Of a stretch of DNA of 64,000 bases, positions 20,630 through 28,747 are shown piece after piece. The notes beneath the pieces were generated by a model. It was given only the letters and a program-made list of their open reading frames with translations, searched no databases and had not been told where the DNA came from. The translations under genes and the position numbers were made by a program. Source of the DNA: an uncultured cyanobacterium (GTDB taxonomy: Bacteria; Cyanobacteriota; Cyanobacteriia; Cyanobacteriales; CAWUOF01); assembly GCA_963744145.1 (NCBI GenBank), contig CAVUSO010000001.1:1536001-1600000 (forward strand), in the 5' to 3' direction. Positions within the stretch are counted from its first letter, which is position 1. Each line of letters starts with the position of its first letter.

Positions 20630-22222
20630 TTAAATATCGTCAATCTCTTGATTAAATCCTTTGAGAAAATCAACTACTATTCTCATATTAGTAAGTTTAA
20701 ATTTGCTAGTTTTAATCGCCGGTAGAGTTCCCGCACTAATCCCCATTGAACTATTGGGAAAATGTTTACCAAAAGATGGGTGACGATGGATACTTAATGC
20801 TTGGTTACTGGAATTAGTTAATATGGTTTGAGTAGGAGCTTGAAAAAATTTCCCTCTTTTCGCCATTTTATCATATATTTTTGTATTTTTTAATTCACTC
20901 ACATTACTAATGGATTTTTTCAGGGCGTTACTGACTTGTTCAATTAGCTTTGGATACCTAGTTATTGATTCATCAAATTCGGAAACTTGAATTTGTTTGA
21001 CTAAAGTGGTGAGATTTTCCTGAGTATCGACCGCATCTTGAAAAGGTAGAATTGCTAGATAAGCAGCAGAAAATAATTGCTCATCACTGGAAAGCCGAAA
21101 AGTAATAATGGTACGACGATGACTAACTTCGATGCTGGGAGGATAGCTGCTGATCGGATAAGTTTGGATGATTTGTTGATAAATAGCAGCTAAAGCACAA
21201 TTAGCGTTTAAGTCTAATGGTGCATCAATGACAATGCGGACTGTGGGTAAAATGGCATTAAAAAACTTTTTCGAGTTTTCGGAGGTAAATCGGTAAATTT
21301 GAGAGCGATCGCCCGTGGGACTTAAATCTACCCATTCACAGGTCATTCCTTCAGTTTTTAATCCAAATCGAGATACCGCATGGAGTTTGGCTCCGGTTAA
21401 AATTGCGCCGGTTAAGTCTGCACCGACCCAATCCGCATGAATGAAATTAGCTTGGGTAAGATTGGCATGAACTAAACTAGCATTCATTAGATTAGCATTG
21501 CTTAAGTCTGCACCGACTAAATTGGCACCACTTAATTTGGCTTCACTCAGATCAGCCCAACGGAGATTCACACCACTCAGATCAGCCCACCGCAAATTGG
21601 CACCACTTAAATCTGCCCCACTCAGGTTAGCGAGAGTTAAATTAGTTTGTCTGAGTTCTGCATCTCGGAGATTAGCACCACTAAGATCACAACGACTTAA
21701 ATCTGTTCCTTTTAAGTTTGCTTGTTCTAAGTTAACTGCAATCATCGAAGTACCACTAAGATCGGCTTCACTTAAATTCGCTCCACTTAAGTTCGCTTGT
21801 CTAAGTTTGGCTTCCCGAATTACTGCCCCGATTAAATTAGCACCACTGAGATCCGCACCACTGAGATCCGCTCTCATTAATTCTGCCCGAATTAAAGCGG
21901 CTTCAATCAATTCTGCTCCGCTCAGGTCAGCCCGAATTAAATTGGCAACGTTTAGATCTGCCCCATTTAAGATGGCATTATTGAGATTGGCACCACTGAG
22001 TCTGGCGACATTGAGTTTGGCTTGGGTTAAGTTAGCTGATCCCAAATTCGCTCCACTGAGATTGGCTACACTCAAAACCGCATAAGATAAATTGGCATTA
22101 CTGAGATTGACTCCACTCAAATTGGCTTCACTGACGTTAATCGCGATGAAGTCCCTGACTCCTGCCGCATATTGTTTAAGGAGTTCCTCGGCTTCCATTG
22201 ACGCTACCTTTGACAAACTCAT
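20630..22222 (-). CDS. Pentapeptide-repeat protein, tandem paralog (start may be ATG 22198)
   Basis: Same architecture and shared motifs (EELLKxYAAGVRDF, GLKTEGMTCEWVDLSP) as 18567-20126. Confidence 0.92.
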   Translation of the reverse strand: MSLSKVASMEAEELLKQYAAGVRDFIAINVSEANLSGVNLSNANLSYAVLSVANLSGANLGSANLTQAKLNVARLSGANLNNAILNGADLNVANLIRADLSGAELIEAALIRAELMRADLSGADLSGANLIGAVIREAKLRQANLSGANLSEADLSGTSMIAVNLEQANLKGTDLSRCDLSGANLRDAELRQTNLTLANLSGADLSGANLRWADLSGVNLRWADLSEAKLSGANLVGADLSNANLMNASLVHANLTQANFIHADWVGADLTGAILTGAKLHAVSRFGLKTEGMTCEWVDLSPTGDRSQIYRFTSENSKKFFNAILPTVRIVIDAPLDLNANCALAAIYQQIIQTYPISSYPPSIEVSHRRTIITFRLSSDEQLFSAAYLAILPFQDAVDTQENLTTLVKQIQVSEFDESITRYPKLIEQVSNALKKSISNVSELKNTKIYDKMAKRGKFFQAPTQTILTNSSNQALSIHRHPSFGKHFPNSSMGISAGTLPAIKTSKFKLTNMRIVVDFLKGFNQEIDDI

Positions 22223-22375
22223 AGTTAGGTTTAAACGCTATTGCCAGCTTAAAATTACATCTGGGGTAAAGATTTGTTAGACGCAATAGCATTTGCTACT
22301 GCCTATTGCTTTTGCCTCTTTCACCTCTATGATGGTTTGACAATCTGATTAGCTAGTTTTTGTTGGATATAGTAA

Positions 22376-23233
22376 ATGAATATTGGCATTGTTGGGTTAG
22401 GTTTAATTGGTGGTTCTCTCGGCTTAGATTTACGATCGCTTGGCCATCGGGTCTTGGGGGTTAGTCGTAGTCCCCAAACTTGTACTCAGGCGATCGCTCG
22501 ATCAATTGTGGATGAAGCTAGTGTGGATTTGTCTTTGTTGACAGGTGCTGATCTGGTTTTTATTTGTACCCCCTTGATGGCCATTGTTCCCACAGTTGAG
22601 CAATTGATTCCTTTTCTTTCTCCTCAAACTATTTTGACTGATGTTGGTTCAGTAAAAACCCCTCTGGTGCAAGCAATTACTCCTCTTTGGTCTAATTTTG
22701 TTGGTGGTCATCCCATGGCTGGGTTATCTGAAAGCGGTTTGGATGCGGCCCAATCCCATTTATTTGTCCATGCACCTTATGTTACCACCCCTGTCCCCAG
22801 TACCCCCGCCCTGGCCCTGACCATCGTCGAGGAACTGGTGGGATCGCTCCAAGCGAGAGTTTATCGCTGTAGTCCGGAAAATCACGATCGGGCGGTTGCT
22901 TGGATTTCCCATCTACCTGTGATGATTAGTGCTAGTTTAATTGCTGCGGCGATGAGTGAAAATGATGCAGCAATTCTCTCTTTGGCCCAATCCTTAGCGA
23001 GCTCTGGTTTCCGTGATACCAGTCGTGTTGGTGGTGGCAATCCAGAGTTAGGGGTAATGATGGCTCAATTTAATCGCACTTCTCTGTTACTTTCATTACA
23101 ATCCTACCGCGATCGCCTGGACCAATTTATTACTCAGATTGAGGAGGAAAATTGGCCAGATTTAGCCCAACAACTAATCGCCACTCAACGGGCTAGACCT
23201 GATTTTATCCAGAAAAACTCGCTGGTTCCATGA
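22376..23233 (+). CDS. tyrA: Prephenate/arogenate dehydrogenase
   Basis: GLGLIGGS Rossmann motif, TDVGSVK, GGHPMAG, HDRAVAWISHLP, GFRDTSRV. Confidence 0.95.
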   Translation: MNIGIVGLGLIGGSLGLDLRSLGHRVLGVSRSPQTCTQAIARSIVDEASVDLSLLTGADLVFICTPLMAIVPTVEQLIPFLSPQTILTDVGSVKTPLVQAITPLWSNFVGGHPMAGLSESGLDAAQSHLFVHAPYVTTPVPSTPALALTIVEELVGSLQARVYRCSPENHDRAVAWISHLPVMISASLIAAAMSENDAAILSLAQSLASSGFRDTSRVGGGNPELGVMMAQFNRTSLLLSLQSYRDRLDQFITQIEEENWPDLAQQLIATQRARPDFIQKNSLVP

Positions 23234-23269
23234 TTAATTTGGTGAGGTTTAATCTTTTACCAACTCTAG

Positions 23270-23716
23270 CTAATCAATCTCATGAGTCAATAAGTACCAA
23301 AATACAGCCACATTCAGGAGAAAAACCACTAATTTTAATGATGATATACCTTTGAATAGTTCATAGATCTCTAATGGTATACTAATCCCAACGATTCCGA
23401 CCACTAATAATTTTGCCCATTTTTTCTGATACCACAAGCCCACCGCTTCAATTCCGTTTAAGGTTGCATATATAGCTGTGGCACTAACCGCAAATATGTA
23501 ATGTTTTGGATTTACACTTAAAATCTTTTCTAAAAACCATTTGACAATTTCTCGTTTACCTGATAGAACGTAGTCTTCTGCATAATCATATAGTTCATTT
23601 TGGCTTTTGAGTGCCAGAAATAAACTGAGGGAAGTAATAGTCAACAGCAAAGCTTGAAGACCTTTGTAAGCAACAATCAGCTTCAATGCGTTTGGACGTT
23701 TATGATGTCTATTCAC
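23270..23716 (-). CDS. DUF2127-like membrane protein
   Basis: IEAVGLWYQKKWA and IPLEIYEL motifs; 4 TM segments. Confidence 0.8.
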   Translation of the reverse strand: MNRHHKRPNALKLIVAYKGLQALLLTITSLSLFLALKSQNELYDYAEDYVLSGKREIVKWFLEKILSVNPKHYIFAVSATAIYATLNGIEAVGLWYQKKWAKLLVVGIVGISIPLEIYELFKGISSLKLVVFLLNVAVFWYLLTHEID

Positions 23717-24070
23717 GTCAGTTATGGTTAGCTTAAATCTATGGGTTAATCGAGTCTACTTTATTTTAATGTCAAAAAAAGCTGCGAGCTATAGTAATTT
23801 ATTATTGTTCAATCTGGAGGTTTGACTGAGTTGCGATCGCAGTCCGCACGTTTGTACGTCCGCATTGCCAGTTAATTCTATATGATCAATTTATTTTTAT
23901 TTCTAAGAAGCATATTAATGCTGGTAGCGATCGCAGTCGGTCTAATTATACCTTGTGAAAATTACCTTTTCTTTTGTTCCTGGAGTAGCATATTAGCCCA
24001 TTCCCGGTTTTTTGATGGTAAAGGTGGTACAGGTTCGAGTCGATCATCTATAACCTCGCTTCGACGACAT

Positions 24071-24697
24071 TTATTTTTCCAAACTCTCTCTCAACTTTTG
24101 ACGAAACTCTAAAACTAGATCTCTTGGTTTACCAGGTTTCATCATGTAATGAGCGAGTAAACTTAAATCTAAATTTGGTAACAACTCACTTTGATCAATC
24201 TGCTCATAGCCATTTTCTCGCAGAGAATATAAAGAAAATTGATGATTTTCCCAAAACCAAACTTCAGGAAGTTGCAACCCTTGATAAATTTCTAAGGAAT
24301 TAATTCCTCCACTGGTAATAACTACTTCAATAGCAAGATCTGGGATTAATTTTTCTGAACCAAAACAATAAGATTCATCAGGTTCTATTCCTTTGGCTAT
24401 TTTTTGTTCTCTAAAAGTAGTTGACCCTAAAGGATAGAAATCAATCCCCTCTTCTAAAAAATAGCATTCCAACAACATCGCCATTAGTTTTTTATTAAAT
24501 TCATGACGACGACTAGGTGACATAATTTCTAAAACTCCGGCTAGATAACTGACTCGATAACCAGAGCGATCGCCTAATTTATTGAGCAATTTTTCATACT
24601 GTTCCCAACTTACTCCAGAAGTGATTAACCTTGATTCAGGATCATCTGCTAATAATCCCAATTCATCTGATATATCTTTAAATAAAATTCTAGTCAT
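24071..24697 (-). CDS. Uma2-family endonuclease
   Basis: LEIMSPSRRHE, EPDESY, PDLAIEVV. Confidence 0.92.
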   Translation of the reverse strand: MTRILFKDISDELGLLADDPESRLITSGVSWEQYEKLLNKLGDRSGYRVSYLAGVLEIMSPSRRHEFNKKLMAMLLECYFLEEGIDFYPLGSTTFREQKIAKGIEPDESYCFGSEKLIPDLAIEVVITSGGINSLEIYQGLQLPEVWFWENHQFSLYSLRENGYEQIDQSELLPNLDLSLLAHYMMKPGKPRDLVLEFRQKLRESLEK

Positions 24698-24737
24698 AAT
24701 TTTAGCTACCTGGCGATCGCTTCTCTAAAATTTTGAT

Positions 24738-25100
24738 TCATATCGGTAATTTTCTCACTCTGAATGTTTCATCTGTTACAGAAATAATTGCTCCTGCTGC
24801 CAAATTCTCTGCACATAAATTCAGTATTTCATCCAAACGTTCGTTGATTATTTGATAGCTTTCATTTCCTAGCCGAAATAAAATCACACTGGGTAATTCT
24901 GCGCCACTTGTAGCTAACAAATAACCAAAATCTAAATCAACAGTTAACACAATTCTTTCCTCATCCTTAGCTTTGACTAGAATTTCATCATCAGGTAATC
25001 TTTCTAAACCTTCTTCAACTAAATGAATAGCATCGTAACCGCGATTTCTAAGCCAATTAACAGTACGCGGTGAAATCCCCATATCTGCTAAAAATTTCAT
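24738..25100 (-). CDS. DUF5615 PIN-like toxin
   Basis: MKFLADMGIS, DDEIL, VLTVDLDFG. Confidence 0.88.
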   Translation of the reverse strand: MKFLADMGISPRTVNWLRNRGYDAIHLVEEGLERLPDDEILVKAKDEERIVLTVDLDFGYLLATSGAELPSVILFRLGNESYQIINERLDEILNLCAENLAAGAIISVTDETFRVRKLPI

Positions 25101-25339
25101 TAGACTTTTTCCACAGTTGTAAAAGCATAAACTCGTTCTTCAGTTAGCCACGCTGCATAAAGCAAAGATTGACGAATATCCTCTGGTTCTAAATAAGGAT
25201 AATCCTCAATAATGTCTGCTACTGTTTTACCATTTGCGACTAAGTTCACCACTAAAGAAACAGGCACCCGCATTCCCCGAATACAAGCTTTACCTGCCAT
25301 AATCCGAGGATTAAATGTAATGCGATCTAGACCTAACAT
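25100..25339 (-). CDS. DUF433 antitoxin
   Basis: RITFNPRIMAGKACIRGMRVPV..DYPYLEPEDI; stop/start overlap (TAATG) with the PIN-like gene. Confidence 0.92.
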   Translation of the reverse strand: MLGLDRITFNPRIMAGKACIRGMRVPVSLVVNLVANGKTVADIIEDYPYLEPEDIRQSLLYAAWLTEERVYAFTTVEKV

Positions 25340-25618
25340 AAATTAACTCTCCAAAATACTTTTAATTTCAATTATAATCTAATCTATCCTATTAAACGAG
25401 CAATGGTTTTAGCTATTTTCAAGGGCGATCACTGAGCGATCAGATCCTTCTTAGTAGCTGATTTATTCCCAGATATGAGATTATTTTATCCCAACTAATA
25501 AAGATTCTATCTAAAATCTACTTCTCAACGCCACCATTTGGTTACATCCTGAAGCACCCACACCTTCCCCCAGTTTTTTACCTGCTTCTTCTGTGGCTTT
25601 TTCCCCTGCTTTCACTAG

Positions 25619-27046
25619 CTACGGTGTACACACAACCATACCTAGAGCGAGTTTCCAGCCATCAAAAAAGGATTGAAATTGGCTTAGTCCGCGCACTAAA
25701 GTAGTAATTCCTGGCGGTTTTTGAGACCGATAGCCAGACCAACCACCCAGTCGAGCAATAATCCAAGTTGCCCAAGGTAAAGAATGAGGTGGATAAGGAT
25801 TTTGTTGTGCTAAAGTTGGTCCGGAAACAGTGGGAGCAATCTGGGATAAACATTGCTGTTGTTCATCATTGAATGCGTAGGTTGCAGGTAATTCAGGCTG
25901 GTCACGCCCGACAATTAACTGCAAAATTCTGACAGCTACCGATAAAGCTAAAACACACAATTTTTGAATAGATTTAATTGACTCTAATTGAGTTGCTTCG
26001 AGATCTAAGCCAACGGATTTGAGGGTAGCAAACAGTTGTTCAATCCGCCAGCGCCATTTGTACCATTCAATTACTTGTAATGCTTGTTCAATACAAACTA
26101 CTCTATGTGTAGTGAGTAATCGCCAGTGAATCGGTTGTTGACCTTTTGGTGGATTGACTTCTACAGCTTCCACTGCGTAAAGATTGACACTTTCTGGATA
26201 ATCTGCGGCAGATAAATGCTCAGGACGCTGAATTTGAACGAGGGCACAACGTACTAACATGAATGCTTCTCTCGCTGTTCGTCCAACCCGTGAGTCAGCC
26301 TGGACTTCAATGGCATAAGTTCCTTCACAATGTTGCTGACTTAAATAGGTATACAGAGACTCAGACTGCTCTTTGAGCCGACGGTTCTGTCCGACTCTAA
26401 TTAAGAGATGATGCTGTTGATTAGGTACTCTGACAAATTCTTCAAATATATCGCTTTCCCGATCGCCTATATGAGTCACCATTTTCATATTAGACCAGCT
26501 GAAACAGGTGCGGGTTTGAGCGGCTGACTTGAGCCATTTATAGGATTCTTTTTCTTCAATCGGTAAGTTTTTATATTTTCTTTCATGCTTATCCTGATGG
26601 TCAGGTTCTCTTGTCCACAATTGCACTGTACTTAATCCAAGTGGGAATCCATTTTCTGCATCTAATACCAGTGTGGGATGAATATAAAATCCGATATCTT
26701 GATTGTTTCCTACTACTCCAATTCCCTCGGATTTCAATCTCCCTTTGTGAGACTCTAAGTTAATTTCACTACTATCACTTATCGCTAAGACGTGGTGTTT
26801 TCCATCTACCTGTAAGGCGCAATGCTCTCCTAAACTTACGACTAATTCTCCAGTTTTTACATTCTCATTCCCTAAAAATCGGTAATATCCAACTTGCTCG
26901 GCTCGATTTTTACTGATTTTCCGAATATTTACTGATTGATGTTGTGCCATTGCTGCATACAATGAAGCCCCTCTTTTTCCCAGTCTTGGATCTCCGAATG
27001 CTGTTCTCTCACATTGTTGCACATGAATTAAAATTGGATTTTCCAC
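25619..27046 (-). CDS. IS4-family (Tn5-like) transposase
   Basis: FGDPRLGKRG, GDRESDIFE, YKWRWRIEQLFATLK, IARLGGW; stop codon falls inside the TIR. Confidence 0.93.
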   Translation of the reverse strand: MENPILIHVQQCERTAFGDPRLGKRGASLYAAMAQHQSVNIRKISKNRAEQVGYYRFLGNENVKTGELVVSLGEHCALQVDGKHHVLAISDSSEINLESHKGRLKSEGIGVVGNNQDIGFYIHPTLVLDAENGFPLGLSTVQLWTREPDHQDKHERKYKNLPIEEKESYKWLKSAAQTRTCFSWSNMKMVTHIGDRESDIFEEFVRVPNQQHHLLIRVGQNRRLKEQSESLYTYLSQQHCEGTYAIEVQADSRVGRTAREAFMLVRCALVQIQRPEHLSAADYPESVNLYAVEAVEVNPPKGQQPIHWRLLTTHRVVCIEQALQVIEWYKWRWRIEQLFATLKSVGLDLEATQLESIKSIQKLCVLALSVAVRILQLIVGRDQPELPATYAFNDEQQQCLSQIAPTVSGPTLAQQNPYPPHSLPWATWIIARLGGWSGYRSQKPPGITTLVRGLSQFQSFFDGWKLALGMVVCTP

Positions 27047-27108
27047 TACTTTTTTCTCCTTACTTCCCTTCTCTCCTTACTCTATCTCAACTTGTGTGTA
27101 CACCGTAG
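25619..27108 (-). mobile_element. Complete IS4-family (IS50/Tn5-like) insertion sequence (1490 bp)
   Basis: 17-bp TIRs CTACGGTGTACACACAA (25619-25635 / 27092-27108); 11-bp TSD GCTTTCACTAG (25608-25618, 27109-27119). Confidence 0.95.
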
Positions 27109-27281
27109 GCTTTCACTAGATAGGGTAAGAAAGGAGTTAAAAAAGCGGTCAAAGTTACTACATCCATCAGCTAGCTCCTGTGCAATTGTTCATGTAATAC
27201 AGACTAACCTAGCAAACTTCCAGATTTTGTCCAGCAAATATTTACTTTTTTTAAGTTAATTCGCGATCGCGCCATTTTCAG

Positions 27282-27434
27282 TCAACAACAAAAATTAACA
27301 ATAGCTGCTAATGCTAAGGATAACATTTGCTCATTATCTAAATCTTCACGACTTTTATCTTTAACAAAATTAATTGCTGTCATAGCAGAATCTCGTATAT
27401 GTTTAAGGCGCGTTAAATCGTCAATTTTGCTCAT
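27282..27434 (-). pseudogene. Truncated HEPN/DUF86 toxin (50 aa)
   Basis: MSKIDDLTRLKHIRDSAMTAINFVKDKSREDLDNEQMLSLAL then an early stop; overlaps the MNT stop; no RxxxxH motif. Confidence 0.72.
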
Positions 27435-27723
27435 AGATTACCATCGCTTCTTGTAAAACTTGATCGCGAAAATAACGACTTAAATCGGCGCTAGTCCTTA
27501 AATCTACTATCCGTCCTAATAAGTGGCTTAATTCATCTTCCATACTTACAATCGCCAGCCCAGGGGTTTTTCCTGATTCAAACTCCACTAATACATCTAT
27601 ATCACTTTCAACTGTAAAATCATCACGTAAAACTGAACCAAATAAAGACAATTTACGAATATGATGTCGCTGACAAAATTGATTAATCTCTGTCTTTGGT
27701 AAATCAATTGGTAAGGTTTTCAT
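27421..27723 (-). CDS. Minimal nucleotidyltransferase (MNT) antitoxin
   Basis: LFGSVLRDDF..SDIDVLVEF, VDL. Confidence 0.92.
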   Translation of the reverse strand: MKTLPIDLPKTEINQFCQRHHIRKLSLFGSVLRDDFTVESDIDVLVEFESGKTPGLAIVSMEDELSHLLGRIVDLRTSADLSRYFRDQVLQEAMVIYEQN

Positions 27724-27885
27724 ATTCCCAATTCCTTAAAATTATTAGCGAACGCTACCATATTAAACGAGCGATGGTTCGGGCTATTGTGAATGTACCC
27801 CAACTTGGATCAGAAATTTTAGTTGGGTTGTGTTCAATGATATTATATAAGACTCAGAAGTTAATTTTAGCAACGAAAAAATTTT

Positions 27886-28650
27886 ATGAGTCTGCATCAA
27901 CCCCTACATCGGGCTTTTGATCAAGGTAATGCCCTGAAAATTATCAGTGGTTTGACCAACTTTAATCACCACCATGTTGCAGCGATCGTCCGAGCTGCTG
28001 ATTTAGGTGGTGCTACCTTTGTCGATATTGCTGCCGATCGCGATTTAGTTAAACTGGCCAAAAGCTTGACAAATTTACCAATCTGTGTATCAGCGGTAGA
28101 AGCAGAAAAATTTGGACCCGCAGTAGCAGCAGGTGCGGATCTAATTGAAATTGGTAATTTTGATGCTTTTTATGCCCAAGGAATTCGGTTTGAAGCAGCA
28201 GAAGTATTAGCAATTACCAAAGAAACCCGATCGCTTTTCCCGGAAATCACCCTCTCTGTCACTGTTCCCCACATTCTCGAACTTGATCGTCAAGTCCAAC
28301 TAGCAGAAGCTCTCGTTCAAGCTGGTGCAGATATCATCCAAACCGAAGGGGGAACTAGCAGCACTCCCACCCATCCCGGTACTTTAGGATTAATTGAAAA
28401 AGCTGCCCCCACTTTAGCCGCAGCCGCAGAAATATCCCGCGCGATCGCTGTCCCAGTTCTTTGTGCTTCAGGAATTTCTAACATTACCGCTCCGATGGCG
28501 ATCGCTGTAGGTGCTTCAGGAGTTGGTGTTGGTTCTGCGATCAATCGCTTAGATAGCGAAATTGCCATGATTGCTGCTGTGCGTAGTTTAGTTGAAGCCT
28601 TAGCAAGTGTCAAGAACAGGCAAGATGCCTGTTCCACGATCCATGCCTAA
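27886..28650 (+). CDS. ycf23: DUF561/Ycf23 family protein
   Basis: LKIISGLTNF, GGATFVDIAAD, IEIGNFD, IIQTEGGTSS. Confidence 0.88.
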   Translation: MSLHQPLHRAFDQGNALKIISGLTNFNHHHVAAIVRAADLGGATFVDIAADRDLVKLAKSLTNLPICVSAVEAEKFGPAVAAGADLIEIGNFDAFYAQGIRFEAAEVLAITKETRSLFPEITLSVTVPHILELDRQVQLAEALVQAGADIIQTEGGTSSTPTHPGTLGLIEKAAPTLAAAAEISRAIAVPVLCASGISNITAPMAIAVGASGVGVGSAINRLDSEIAMIAAVRSLVEALASVKNRQDACSTIHA

Positions 28651-28738
28651 CCTATCTAGCAAAAATAACTAGAACAGGCAAGATGCCTGTTCCACAATAA
28701 TAATTTGTTCTGGTGGGATGGGCATCTTGCCCATCCCA
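28615..28738. repeat. ACAGGCAAGATGCCTGT-family short repeats
   Basis: AACAGGCAAGATGCCTGTTCCAC near 28615 and 28673, plus an inverted variant near 28713; same family at 34339-34465. Confidence 0.8.
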
Positions 28739-28747
28739 TCAATCAAG

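Noticed and set aside
19420..22280. Plus-strand ORFs of 137, 195 and 62 aa
   Set aside because: Antisense shadows of the pentapeptide-repeat genes
1451..27119. Both IS target duplications contain CTAG
   Set aside because: Two events from different transposases, and the related MITE TSD lacks CTAG; too few to claim a preference
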